Assembly: GCA_041689615.1 (NCBI GenBank)
Contig: JBDNFW010000026.1
Span: forward strand, 84,282 to 148,281
From: Gammaproteobacteria bacterium
GTDB lineage: Bacteria; Pseudomonadota; Gammaproteobacteria; Eutrophobiales; Eutrophobiaceae
Direction: 5' to 3'
Length of the DNA: 64,000 nt
The translations under genes and the position numbers were made by a program. Below, in pieces: positions 1 to 9,841 of the stretch; the stretch's first letter is position 1; every line of letters begins with the position of its first letter. The notes beneath the pieces are model-generated. The model saw nothing but the letters and a program-made list of their open reading frames with translations. It did not search any database and was not told the origin of the DNA.

Positions 1-99
1 GAAGTCGATCCAAACGAAGATGAAGTAATATTCGAGTTTTTCTAAGCGGACAAAGAAACCGACCGTTACTGATCTACCCCTAAAAAAACGGCGCGTTTT

Positions 100-917
100 T
101 CAAGCTGATTTTCTCACCTGAATTTCAAAGTTTATCGGACTCTTGTAATTAATACTAGAATGTCGTCTGACTCGATTGTAGTAAGCCTCGATATACCAGA
201 AGATTGAACGCTTCGCTTGTTCTCGTGTTTCATATCGGCGCTGATAGACCAGTTCAACTTTCAGTGTGTGGAAAAACTCTCACATACTGCGTTGTCGTAA
301 CAATTGCCCTTGCCACTCATGCTACAGATAAGTTTGTGATTCTTGATGAGTCGTTGATAACGCTTTGAGCTATACTGACTCCCTCGGTTAGTATCCATAA
401 TCACACCTTTTGGGTAGTCTCGATTATGCAATGCCATTTTTAACGCATCGCAAATCAACTCAGCCTTCATGCGTTTATCCATCGACCAAGCAATAACCTT
501 ACGCGAATACAAGTCAATCACCACGGCAAGATAAAGCCACTTTTGCCCAACTCGGAGGTAGGTAATATCACCAACCCACGCTTCGTCTAATCGTGTCATG
601 TCAAAGTTCTGTTGAAGCAGGTTCGGTGCAACTGGCTTGTCATGGTCACTGTCGGTGCTGTTCTTAAATGTATGCTTATGTATTGCTTTAAGCCCTAAGT
701 ACCGCATCCGGCGACGAATTCGTTCTCGTCAACCAAAGAATAAACCTTGCTCCAGGAGTTCCACATAAAGTCGTCGATATCCATAGCGACCACTGTGTTG
801 GTGATACACTCGATTAATAGGGTCATCAAGTTCCCGGTTCTCAGTTTCACGCTTTGAAGGCTCTCGTTTCAGCCAGTCGTAATAGCCACTGGCTGAGACT
901 TCAATCAGGGGTAACAA
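100..917 (-). pseudogene. IS3-family transposase OrfB (integrase core), broken into three frames (100-260, 261-707, 729-917); orfA absent
   Basis: The 729-917 and 261-707 translations carry IS3 OrfB motifs (KYAFVQ..., SASGYYDW, DEAWVGDITYL, rve core). The reverse complement of 100-260 continues the same protein in another frame (TLKVELVYQRRYETREQAKRSIFWYIEAYYNRVRRHS). No HTH orfA lies upstream on the minus strand. Confidence 0.75.
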
Positions 918-1000
918 TCGATTTAATGATAAACCTGACCCTGTTCGACAGTCTTGAACAAAGGCATACTTTACACTTGGTCTGGTTATGGTATTGAGGC
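100..1000 (-). mobile_element. Degenerate, 5'-truncated IS3-family insertion sequence remnant
   Basis: Frameshifted orfB only. A plus-strand 3' gene fragment at 940-1068 looks like a gene interrupted by the insertion. Boundaries are approximate. Confidence 0.55.
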
Positions 1001-1248
1001 AGCAGAGTTAGCCAGTGTTCGTGGAGAAAAAGAAGCTGTTCGTACATCTATGGAAGGAAAAGGCTGCTGAAATCATATCTATATAGCTAGCATATTTTGA
1101 TTCGTTAACTTAATTAATCTATGGGATCCTGATTTGGCTGTCTGCTTTCAGTTGAAGTCACCGTATTAAGCTGACCTTAGCTTTATGAGCCTGAACCGAA
1201 AAATTAGCACGCTTAAAAATGCTAACCTATTGATAATACTGTTAAGAA

Positions 1249-1293
1249 TGGTGGCTAGGGACAGCATCGAACTGCCGACACGAGGATTTTCAG
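1249..1293 (-). repeat. 45-bp imperfect direct repeat of the tRNA-Phe 3' end (distal att-like site of an integrated islet)
   Basis: tggtggctagggacagcatcgaactgccgacacgaggattttcag matches 3391-3435 (the 3' 45 nt of tRNA-Phe) with 2 mismatches. Confidence 0.8.
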
Positions 1294-1384
1294 ACGGACA
1301 TAAAAATTCTGTATATCATTAAATATCAATAATCTACGGCACTTTCCCCTCTCAAAACTCAGTTCAATTATGGTACAAATCACC

Positions 1385-2659
1385 CTAATTTAAGCCACCA
1401 TTTTTCAACCCTTCAAATGCATAAGCATTCAGAAATTGTCGATTCCAAAATAAATTACGATCAGCTTCACTTAACTTTGCACTATCACATACGGAATCCC
1501 AATTATTGACGATACTCTGTATCACTCTTTCTACAATAACGATTGCTTCATCTTGTGATAACAGGAATTTATCTGCTGCACTTAGGCAGTGTGTAATCTG
1601 ACTTAAGTTATTATCACCTGAAATCTTCATTGCCTGAGAAGCGACATTCCCTGTTCTTGCTTGCGGACAAATATCATAGGCTGGTGTTAGGGTGAGCATC
1701 TTGCCATCCCAAAATGCAGCATGATTTCTTGCATGGTCATCCGTATTGCCACAAAGAATATTAAAAACCATTCTTGAAAATAGTTCTTTTAATGTCTTTG
1801 AGGCATCTGTAAATCGGTAACGAATAATCTCCGCCAAATCTTCATAGCTGGCGTAACGCGCCATCATGGAATCTAATCCAAATAGTGTTAATGCTGAGAC
1901 CATCATTTTACGCTTCCAGCCATTTTCTAAATGAACTCGGTCAAAGCGCTCTATCAATAACACATCTTTGTTTGACGCCTTTGCAAGCTTAACCGGTGCA
2001 ACATTTATCCCCGCAAGTTCAGCAAGTCGCATTGCGATAAATTCTGCTTTTACGACACTGTATAAATCTGTGCTTGATGAAAATTTTGCAATAAATTTTT
2101 TACCTTCATGCTCGATTAACGATTTGGGTCTTGCACCACCGATAGATGTGCCATGCTGTAATGCCTGATCTAACTCTGGTGTTAGCGGAATCCCTTTTTC
2201 AACCCGATCTGCCGATTCAAGCAACTCTTCCAAACTGGCATTTTTTACAGAACGTGGAATATATTCCGTTGCAGATAATTGGAAGTCTAATCCACCAATA
2301 CGGTCAGAACCTGATTCAAGTAAATAGGTTAATTCATCTAACTGAGAGGTATCTGCTCTCTTATCTTTTAGCCCAAGTTTCTTATTAATAACAACTCGCC
2401 TACCCCATGCGTCAGGAGCCGCATCTCTGATACAACTTGGCATGGACAAACCATTAAGCAATGGCAATACACCAGATTGCAATGGAAGCTCTGGTTCATA
2501 AAGAGGTAGAGCCTTACCATTGGACAAATAGCTCTGGCCGTAATTAAATACAATCTGCTCTCCCTCGGTAGTCAACTTACCTGCCACCACAGGGTTTGTT
2601 TCATCCGGCAACCATACCCAAACAAAGGCTTCACTATATTCTTTACTAGAAGTCATCAT
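1385..2659 (-). CDS. hipA: HipA-family serine/threonine kinase toxin (type II TA)
   Basis: 424 aa with HipA N-terminal and C-terminal kinase regions (DRIGGLDF, GGARPKS, FNILCGNTDDHARN). It overlaps the upstream XRE gene by 14 nt. Confidence 0.85.
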   Translation of the reverse strand: MMTSSKEYSEAFVWVWLPDETNPVVAGKLTTEGEQIVFNYGQSYLSNGKALPLYEPELPLQSGVLPLLNGLSMPSCIRDAAPDAWGRRVVINKKLGLKDKRADTSQLDELTYLLESGSDRIGGLDFQLSATEYIPRSVKNASLEELLESADRVEKGIPLTPELDQALQHGTSIGGARPKSLIEHEGKKFIAKFSSSTDLYSVVKAEFIAMRLAELAGINVAPVKLAKASNKDVLLIERFDRVHLENGWKRKMMVSALTLFGLDSMMARYASYEDLAEIIRYRFTDASKTLKELFSRMVFNILCGNTDDHARNHAAFWDGKMLTLTPAYDICPQARTGNVASQAMKISGDNNLSQITHCLSAADKFLLSQDEAIVIVERVIQSIVNNWDSVCDSAKLSEADRNLFWNRQFLNAYAFEGLKNGGLN

Positions 2660-2981
2660 CTATCTCCTTCCTTTGCTTATGAACGGTCTTTGGAAGCAGT
2701 GCTAATTTATCTTCAATTCGTTCAATATTTGAAGACATTGCCTTGTCATCGGTATCAAATAATTTCACGCCAACCAATGCAGCAACCTCAAACACGATAC
2801 CGAGTTCGCATCGTGGGTCGCCTTTTTCTATGCGCAGCAAAAGCCCTCTGGATATACCCGCACGGTCTGCCAGATCTTGGGCTGTCATTTTTTTACTCGT
2901 GCGCCCATGCTTAACCAATTTGCCGAGCAAATAGGTAGCATCTAATGTATATGCGGAATATGCACGTGTTTTCTTGGGCAT
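2646..2981 (-). CDS. hipB: HipB-like XRE-family HTH antitoxin/repressor
   Basis: 111 aa with an XRE HTH (MTAQDLADRAGISRGLLLRIEKG). It is translationally coupled to hipA. Confidence 0.8.
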   Translation of the reverse strand: MPKKTRAYSAYTLDATYLLGKLVKHGRTSKKMTAQDLADRAGISRGLLLRIEKGDPRCELGIVFEVAALVGVKLFDTDDKAMSSNIERIEDKLALLPKTVHKQRKEIDDDF

Positions 2982-3010
2982 GAATACCTACCTTAATGTT
3001 CCATAAAAAA

Positions 3011-3031
3011 TACATTTAACTATTAAATGTA
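3011..3031. promoter_or_regulatory. Perfect 9-bp inverted repeat (TACATTTAA-cta-TTAAATGTA), candidate HipB operator
   Basis: A palindrome about 30 bp upstream of the hipB start codon. XRE/HipB repressors bind dyad operators. Confidence 0.4.
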
Positions 3032-3390
3032 CTATATATAGAACAAAATAGAAGAATTTGCTCTGCCGTGTCAAGGATTAATTACATTATTTGAGTATGT
3101 TTTAGGTATCTTAAAAGAGGCAGTAAAACTAGGTTAGTTTTATTTTGATTAAATAACGGTACTCACAGTACCCAAGGCAGCTTAATTTTAAACTTACAAC
3201 ACCAAAAACTAAAAAGGGTAATTAATAGCTCCTCCTCAGAATTCGCTAGGACTGATTACGATAACATCGTGAGTTATTTCAGCAATTTCACTTGCCCTGT
3301 TTAGTAATCAGTAAAAATAATTCTGAACGTTGCAATGCCGTTGCAATAAAAAAATTGGAAGAGTATAGGTTGGATAAAAGCCTTTAATAA

Positions 3391-3466
3391 TGGTGGCCAG
3401 GGACAGAATCGAACTGCCGACACGAGGATTTTCAGTCCACTGCTCTACCGACTGAGCTACCTGGCC
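3391..3466 (-). tRNA. tRNA-Phe (anticodon GAA)
   Basis: Reverse complement reads GGCCAGGTAGCTCAGTCGGTAGAGCAGTGGACTGAAAATCC...GGTTCGATTC...CCACCA. It has the cloverleaf features, a GAA anticodon and an encoded CCA. Confidence 0.93.
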
Positions 3467-3532
3467 ATTATTGATTGCGGACAAAAAAGACGCGTATTAA
3501 ACCGGTATAGTTGAACCACGTCAAGTTGGACT

Positions 3533-3805
3533 TTATTCCTCTGGTTTTACGTACTCTTTAGGCACTTCTGAACCTTCACCAAAGAAAAACTTTTCCATCT
3601 CTTCTACAAGAAACTGGCGTGCTTTCGGCTCAATGGGTGTCAATCGATTCTCATTTATTAACATCGTTTGATGGCCCAGCCACATTTGCCACGCTTCCTT
3701 GGAAACCTGCTCATAGATACGCTTGCCCAAGTCACCCGGATAAGGCAATGTTGTTAAGCCCTCTGCCTCTTTGTCTAGTTTGACACAATGTACTTTGCGA
3801 CTCAT
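3533..3805 (-). CDS. yggX: Fe(II)-trafficking / oxidative damage protection protein YggX
   Basis: 90 aa, colinear with E. coli YggX from Met1 (MSR...C..L..EAEG...YPG.LGKRIY...SKEAW..W...QTMLINE). Confidence 0.85.
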   Translation of the reverse strand: MSRKVHCVKLDKEAEGLTTLPYPGDLGKRIYEQVSKEAWQMWLGHQTMLINENRLTPIEPKARQFLVEEMEKFFFGEGSEVPKEYVKPEE

Positions 3806-4865
3806 TCAAAACCATCCTCTTATTATTAAAATCTTCTAACATGGAGACAACCGGAGCGGGAAACCCCAAACTGGAATTCTTAGCAGGGTTCAACCATGCT
3901 GACAATCCTTCATCATTTACCGTCTTCACTTGTCCTTCTAGTTTGATATGAATAGGCTGAATCATCAAATGAAAATGACTAAACGTATGCTTAAAGCGTT
4001 TATATTCAACTTGTTGTTTAATATTCAAACCATATTGTTTTTTAATTTTATCTGCAATTGGCTCATCAGATGAAAATTCAGGGAAACACCAAAGACCGCC
4101 CCATATCCCTGACGGAGGTCGCTGCTGTAACAACACTTCACCTTTATTGTTTTCTATAATAGCAAATACCGTCTCTCTATTCGGTATGATCTTCTTTGGT
4201 TTTGAACCGGGAAAATCATGTTGCCTTGCAGTTTTTCTGGCAAAACAATCTTTTGTTAATGGACAAACATCGCAAGCTGGATTTCGACGAACACAAAGTG
4301 TCGCACCCAAATCCATAATTGCCTGCGTATAGTTCCTGACTGATTTCTTTGGCGTATGCAACTCGGCATAAGACCAAAGTTCTTGTTCAACTTTTTTCTG
4401 TCCCGGCCAACCTTCAACACCATGATAACGACTTAAAACACGTTTCACATTGCCATCCAATATAGGATGTCGTTTATCGCAAGCTAAAGATAAGATCGCT
4501 CCCGCAGTAGAGCGCCCTATTCCCGGAAGAGTCATCATTTCATCCAGTGATGATGGAAACTGTCCCTGATGTTCTTCTACAATTATTTTTGCAGCTTTAT
4601 GACAATTTCTTGCTCGGGCGTAATAACCTAAACCTGTCCAATGATGTAATACTTGATCCAGTTCTGCATTAGCCAAAGCTTCTACATCAGTAAACGCTTC
4701 TATAAAACGTTCAAAGTAAGGAATAACCGTAATAACCTGAGTTTGTTGCAACATGATCTCGGAAATCCAGACACGATAAGATGTTTGTTCCAGTTGCCAG
4801 GGCAGATCATGCCGACCATATTTATCAAACCAGGCAAGTAAACGATCTGAAAATTGTTTGCTCAC
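3732..4865 (-). CDS. mutY: A/G-specific adenine DNA glycosylase MutY
   Basis: 377 aa with HhH-GPD and a 4Fe-4S cluster region ([17 protein letters not shown]) plus a NUDIX-like C-terminal domain. mutY-yggX synteny matches enterobacteria. The 3' end overlaps yggX by 74 nt. Confidence 0.85.
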   Translation of the reverse strand: MSKQFSDRLLAWFDKYGRHDLPWQLEQTSYRVWISEIMLQQTQVITVIPYFERFIEAFTDVEALANAELDQVLHHWTGLGYYARARNCHKAAKIIVEEHQGQFPSSLDEMMTLPGIGRSTAGAILSLACDKRHPILDGNVKRVLSRYHGVEGWPGQKKVEQELWSYAELHTPKKSVRNYTQAIMDLGATLCVRRNPACDVCPLTKDCFARKTARQHDFPGSKPKKIIPNRETVFAIIENNKGEVLLQQRPPSGIWGGLWCFPEFSSDEPIADKIKKQYGLNIKQQVEYKRFKHTFSHFHLMIQPIHIKLEGQVKTVNDEGLSAWLNPAKNSSLGFPAPVVSMLEDFNNKRMVLNESQSTLCQTRQRGRGLNNIALSG

Positions 4866-4881
4866 TCGGTTTATCGAACGA

Positions 4882-7800
4882 CTAGAATATTTTATCGAAA
4901 ATATCTTTAATCACTTTTTCCTGTATATTTTTCTCAGGTTCTTGAGGTGTTGCTGGCTGTTCTCCCGATTCCGCAGGAACAGGTGCAGACCCTTTCTTTT
5001 TCATACCAAGCTCTTCAAAAAGCTTATCAACGACTGCTTTTTTAACGATGGTTCCCGCAATGGCTTCAATATCAGGATTACAATCTTTATCCGCTATCTT
5101 TCCTTTACATTTTATCGGGACTTCGTGGCCACCAATGTTAAATGTTTTTTCACCTTGCTTAACGTGTGTCGCATCTGCTTTTGCTATTAACGTATATTTC
5201 CAGGTTTCATCATGAAGATTTAACAGCATACCTTTACCAATCACATTGAATCCTGAACCTAACATTAACAAATCATTGTTATCGATAATGCCATTATGGA
5301 TATCAAGCGTTGCAGTTAATTTATCAAACTCTGTTTTTTCTCCCGGATCAGGTTTACCGAAGTTTTTAGTTTCAATCATGATCTCGACCTGATGCAAAAC
5401 ATTTTTTACATCCACACCAATCAATGTACCTTTTTCAAATAAAATATTGCCTGTACCTGATAAGGTATTACGCAATGTGTTTATATCAGCGCCAGAAGAA
5501 GACAAGGCTAAAGCAATGTTTGCTGTTCCTTTTGCGTTAGCCGAACCTACCACGTCATTTAATAATGGTTCAGCTTCAACACCCGTTAACTTTGTATTCA
5601 TTCTTAGCTTTGGAAGCTTACCTGTCGCATCAAGATGAATATCACCGGCATAAGTGCCTTGATATAGGTTTGCTTTAGCAGGGGCTAATTTTATATCGCC
5701 ATTTTCCGCACGAATACTCAATTCCATATTAGAGAGTTTTGCATTAGAGATCGTTAACTGCCCCATTACAAAATCACCTTTAATTTTTATTGCCTGTAAT
5801 GTTTCAACCGGTAAGCCTGTCGCTGCACCAACAGCAACTGCTTCAGGTGTCACCGCTTTATTTTTAGTTTGCGGAGGCAAGTATCGATCAGCGTTTAACT
5901 TATCAACACCCAAACCAAACTCAATATCAAGAGGCGAGATTCGCTTGATGTTAATGTCACCTTGTAATTTTGTTTCATCAAGTTCCGCTTTAAGACCCTT
6001 TAATGCAAGGCTAGTAGTTGTACCTTCGAATGTTGTTGAGACCGCAACATGTTTCAACGTATTTGCATCAGCCGTATTAGGCACTTCCTTGTTTATCGTT
6101 TGCATAAACTTTCGTAAATCAAACGGTGCAACTGCAATTTGTCCGGAAATAGCTGGAGTGGTTTTAAATTGTGAAGCCTTGATGCTACCTTTTACATCAA
6201 GACCCAAACCTTTTATCTGCAAACCACTAAGATTAAAAGTCTCTTTATCAAGATTAATTTCAGAATCAGCCTGAACCGTTAATTTAACCGGTGAATTAGG
6301 AATATTCTTTCCAGAAAAAACACCTTCTAGTGAAAATGGCTTTAGACTAAGGTTACTGGTATTGCCGTTAATACCGGTATTGATACTGATCGATTTCACT
6401 ACTTCAGCAATATCAGCATAACCCAACGCAGTTAATAACGGTTTTGGTGTTTCACTATGAACAAAAATTTTCCCGTTCATATTACCATTACTTTTCTGAA
6501 TATTATCGCCTTTCAAATTACCATTAACCTTAAAACCAAAAGCGTTGATATTCAGAGAAGGCAAATCAATTTTCCCCGACGCCATGTCTGCATCAAATTG
6601 TGTATCAATATCAAATGCTTTTTGTTCAAGCTTACTCAGATCATTTGCTAACTGACTACCGCCTTCTTGCAGGCTTCCTGCTATTTGCATTAACAACGGT
6701 AAATTAGGTCCATTTGCTTTTAATGCTCCACTATACGCCGGTGAATCTGAATTAATTTTTCTCGCTTTCAAGTTTCCTGTTGCAGTCATACCCAATGCTT
6801 TAATTGACAACGCAGGAATTGAAACCGTATTCGTTTTTGAATCTGTATCAAACTTTGTTTCAATATCAAATGTTTTTGATGCTGATGAAAGTTGTTTTGA
6901 AAGTGCCGCAATATCTTTCTTAGCAACGCCTTTTAATTGAGCCAAGATCGAAATCAATAATGGCAGATCGTTACCACTGGTCTTAAGTTCACCTTTAATC
7001 GTTGGCGCATCAGAATTAATTTGCTTGCCATTGACCTTGCCTGATGCTGTCATTCCTAGTGCGTTTACAGATAAGCCTGGAATATCAATCACGCCGCTTT
7101 TTAAATCAACATCGAAATCAGTTTGTATATCAAATGGCTTAGGTGCTGAGGCAAGTTCTGATGACAATGATTTTAAATCCAGACTCCCTTCACTCGAAAA
7201 CTGAGATGCTATTTTAATTAGTGCTGGAAAATCTGCACCACTGGCATTTATTTTACCTTTTGCCGCTGGAGTCTCTGAACCCAGATTACGTGCATAAATT
7301 TCTGCATTAATTTTGTTTCCAAGCAATGCAACGTCAAGCTTACTAATATCAACATCACCTCTATTCGTATCAGCATTAAATGAAGTCTTAATATCAAAGC
7401 TCTTATCAGCCATTGTTGCCAACTGACTCGCTAAAGGTTCTATTTCAGCTATTTTTAAAAGCTTCGCCAGATCTTTGCCGTTAATGTCAATCTCGCCCGC
7501 CACTCCCGGTTTCCCGGAAAGAATTTTCGACGCATTCACTTCTCCCTTAACTTCAGTATCAAAGGCTGTTAAATCCAGTGACTTGATTTCTGCTGTTTCT
7601 TTATCAAGATCAACTTTAATTTCAGAACTTAATTTGACTAATGCTTCACCACCTGGAATTTCTTTGCCTTTAACGTTTGCTTCCAACAACATTGGATTTA
7701 ACAAAAGCACATCGCCACTGTCTTCATAAGCAATAGTGCCTTTAAATTGAATCGCAGCAGATAACGCTGGCTTCGAAGCCGCTACATTTAAGTTAGCGGA

Positions 7801-8379
7801 AAGATTGATAGGCTCACCATATTTTAATTCACCCGTACTAATCGTTGCATCAGTAATCTTGTATTCAAGACCTTGTTGTTTATCATCCCAATAAACATTG
7901 GCATCTTTAATATCGATACCACCCAACACCAACGCAGCTAATGGTGAAGCTTGATTACTTTTTTCAGCATCATCTTTTGGTTTGATTAAATCATCCCAAT
8001 TGTTTACCCCTTTCTCATTTCTGGCTAGGTTTACTGTCGCACCATGCAAAATAAGCGTATCCATTTCCAGTTGTTTACGCAGCAGCGGTAATAGTTTTAC
8101 TCGTGCTTTAACTGTTTTGGTTTGTAGAAAAGGTTTATCACCAAAACCTTTCGCATTACTGACATTGATTCCCTCAACATCCAAGCCTAACCATGGGTAA
8201 TAAGTTAAATTGATATCACCATCGATACGAATATCACGTCCTGTTTCTTCCTTTAATTTACTGGTAATCGATCCTTTATAATCATTTGGATCGATATAGA
8301 CCAGGGTAATAACAACAGCCGCTATGGCGAGAACAATTATTAAACCTGCGCCAAAAAATAATTTAAATAGTGATTTCAT
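4882..8379 (-). CDS. asmA: AsmA-family outer-membrane biogenesis protein (giant, with internal tandem repeats)
   Basis: 1165 aa. It has an N-terminal signal anchor plus AsmA N-terminal domain and an AsmA_2-like C-terminus. It carries four tandem ~88-aa repeats (FDI.T.FD.D...). Confidence 0.7.
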   Translation of the reverse strand: MKSLFKLFFGAGLIIVLAIAAVVITLVYIDPNDYKGSITSKLKEETGRDIRIDGDINLTYYPWLGLDVEGINVSNAKGFGDKPFLQTKTVKARVKLLPLLRKQLEMDTLILHGATVNLARNEKGVNNWDDLIKPKDDAEKSNQASPLAALVLGGIDIKDANVYWDDKQQGLEYKITDATISTGELKYGEPINLSANLNVAASKPALSAAIQFKGTIAYEDSGDVLLLNPMLLEANVKGKEIPGGEALVKLSSEIKVDLDKETAEIKSLDLTAFDTEVKGEVNASKILSGKPGVAGEIDINGKDLAKLLKIAEIEPLASQLATMADKSFDIKTSFNADTNRGDVDISKLDVALLGNKINAEIYARNLGSETPAAKGKINASGADFPALIKIASQFSSEGSLDLKSLSSELASAPKPFDIQTDFDVDLKSGVIDIPGLSVNALGMTASGKVNGKQINSDAPTIKGELKTSGNDLPLLISILAQLKGVAKKDIAALSKQLSSASKTFDIETKFDTDSKTNTVSIPALSIKALGMTATGNLKARKINSDSPAYSGALKANGPNLPLLMQIAGSLQEGGSQLANDLSKLEQKAFDIDTQFDADMASGKIDLPSLNINAFGFKVNGNLKGDNIQKSNGNMNGKIFVHSETPKPLLTALGYADIAEVVKSISINTGINGNTSNLSLKPFSLEGVFSGKNIPNSPVKLTVQADSEINLDKETFNLSGLQIKGLGLDVKGSIKASQFKTTPAISGQIAVAPFDLRKFMQTINKEVPNTADANTLKHVAVSTTFEGTTTSLALKGLKAELDETKLQGDINIKRISPLDIEFGLGVDKLNADRYLPPQTKNKAVTPEAVAVGAATGLPVETLQAIKIKGDFVMGQLTISNAKLSNMELSIRAENGDIKLAPAKANLYQGTYAGDIHLDATGKLPKLRMNTKLTGVEAEPLLNDVVGSANAKGTANIALALSSSGADINTLRNTLSGTGNILFEKGTLIGVDVKNVLHQVEIMIETKNFGKPDPGEKTEFDKLTATLDIHNGIIDNNDLLMLGSGFNVIGKGMLLNLHDETWKYTLIAKADATHVKQGEKTFNIGGHEVPIKCKGKIADKDCNPDIEAIAGTIVKKAVVDKLFEELGMKKKGSAPVPAESGEQPATPQEPEKNIQEKVIKDIFDKIF

Positions 8380-8395
8380 TTATTCGATATCCACA

Positions 8396-9787
8396 TCATT
8401 CGTTCATTCGTTTTTTAAGTCGCGCAATGGCTAACTTAACCTGTTCGGGTGCTGTTCCACCTATATGATTCCTCGCTGCAACAGAACCTTCCAGTTCCAA
8501 TACTGAAAATACATCTTCTTTGATGACATCGCTGAATTGTTGAAGTTCAGGCAACGTTAACTCTGATAAAGTCTTACTATGCTGAATCGCAAATTGAACG
8601 GTCTTACCCACCACTTCATGTGCATCTCTAAAGGCGAGCCCGTTCACGACTAAATAGTCAGCAAGATCAGTTGCAGTAGCAAAACCTGCTGCTGCTGCTT
8701 GATACATTGCTTCTCTATTAACTGTAATAGTAGGTATCAAACCAGTATAGGCAATCAGACACATCTTTACCGTATCAATTGCATCAAACAGGCTTTCCTT
8801 ATCTTCCTGATTATCACGGTTATAGGCTAACGGTTGTCCTTTCATTAATGTCAATAACGCCATCAGATCGCCATAAACACGACCTGTTTTACCTCTGACT
8901 AACTCAGGAATATCGGGGTTTTTCTTTTGCGGCATAATGGACGAACCGGTACACCAGGCATCACCCATATCAATAAAACCATTCGACTGAGATATCCAGA
9001 GAATTAACTCTTCAGAAAATCGGGATAAATGCATCATGATCAAACTTGCCGCCGCAGAAAACTCAATGGCAAAATCTCTGTCACTAACAGAATCCAGTGA
9101 ATTTTGCGTCACACCATCAAAACCAAGCTGTTCAGCAACATATTCTCTGTCTATGGGATAGCTCGTACCAGCGAGCGCAGCAGCCCCTAAGGGCAATACA
9201 TTTAACCTTTTTCTACAATCCTTAAGACGTGATCGATCTCGCAACAACATTTCAGCCCAGGCCAATATATGATGGCCAAAGGTGACCGGCTGCGCGGATT
9301 GCATATGCGTAAAACCCGGCATAATGGTGTCATATTGCTCTGAAGCAAGCTTTACTAAAGCATTAAGTGTTTCATTAAGCTTTTCGCAAACCAGATCAAT
9401 TTCATCACGCAAATACAGTCGCATATCGGTTGCGACCTGATCATTTCTCGACCTGCCGGTATGTAATTTTTTACCCACATCACCAATGCCCTGTACTAAA
9501 GCCGTCTCAATGTTCATATGTACATCTTCAAGCTTGGTAGACCATTGGAACTGCTTAGAATTGATATCGTGCTCAATCTTCTCTAAACCACCAATAATCA
9601 GCTCGCTTTCTTTTTTAGTGATAACTCTCACCTTTGCTAACATGCGGACGTGAGCTATTGAGCCCATGATGTCATAATGAGCCAAGCGTTGATCATAGGA
9701 GACCGACTCTGTGAATATCTCAACAAATTCATCGGTAGGAGCTGTGAATCTCCCGCCCCAGGGTTTTTTTGTATTATTTGATGTCAT
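8396..9787 (-). CDS. argH: Argininosuccinate lyase
   Basis: 463 aa with fumarate-lyase family signatures ([12 protein letters not shown]). It is full length versus ArgH. Confidence 0.9.
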   Translation of the reverse strand: MTSNNTKKPWGGRFTAPTDEFVEIFTESVSYDQRLAHYDIMGSIAHVRMLAKVRVITKKESELIIGGLEKIEHDINSKQFQWSTKLEDVHMNIETALVQGIGDVGKKLHTGRSRNDQVATDMRLYLRDEIDLVCEKLNETLNALVKLASEQYDTIMPGFTHMQSAQPVTFGHHILAWAEMLLRDRSRLKDCRKRLNVLPLGAAALAGTSYPIDREYVAEQLGFDGVTQNSLDSVSDRDFAIEFSAAASLIMMHLSRFSEELILWISQSNGFIDMGDAWCTGSSIMPQKKNPDIPELVRGKTGRVYGDLMALLTLMKGQPLAYNRDNQEDKESLFDAIDTVKMCLIAYTGLIPTITVNREAMYQAAAAGFATATDLADYLVVNGLAFRDAHEVVGKTVQFAIQHSKTLSELTLPELQQFSDVIKEDVFSVLELEGSVAARNHIGGTAPEQVKLAIARLKKRMNE

Positions 9788-9841
9788 AACTTAATGATTA
9801 TATTTTAATTTTCTACAGCTGACAGTATAAGCGATTTTCAG

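Noticed and set aside
1968-2553. Short ORFs on the opposite strand inside hipA (66, 80, 61 aa) and similar antisense ORFs inside asmA, argH, mshE, tkt, gap and others
   Set aside because: They are embedded in strongly supported genes. They lack homology and start signals, and are typical six-frame noise in AT-rich DNA.
1249-3466. Intact integrative element or prophage at tRNA-Phe
   Set aside because: No integrase, excisionase, or phage structural or replication genes are present. Only hipBA lies between the att-like repeats, so this is a decayed islet.
9788-9841. hemC/hemD expected after algR as in Pseudomonas
   Set aside because: They are not present. algR is followed by a convergent ATP-grasp ligase gene, so the Pseudomonas alg/hem synteny is only partial.
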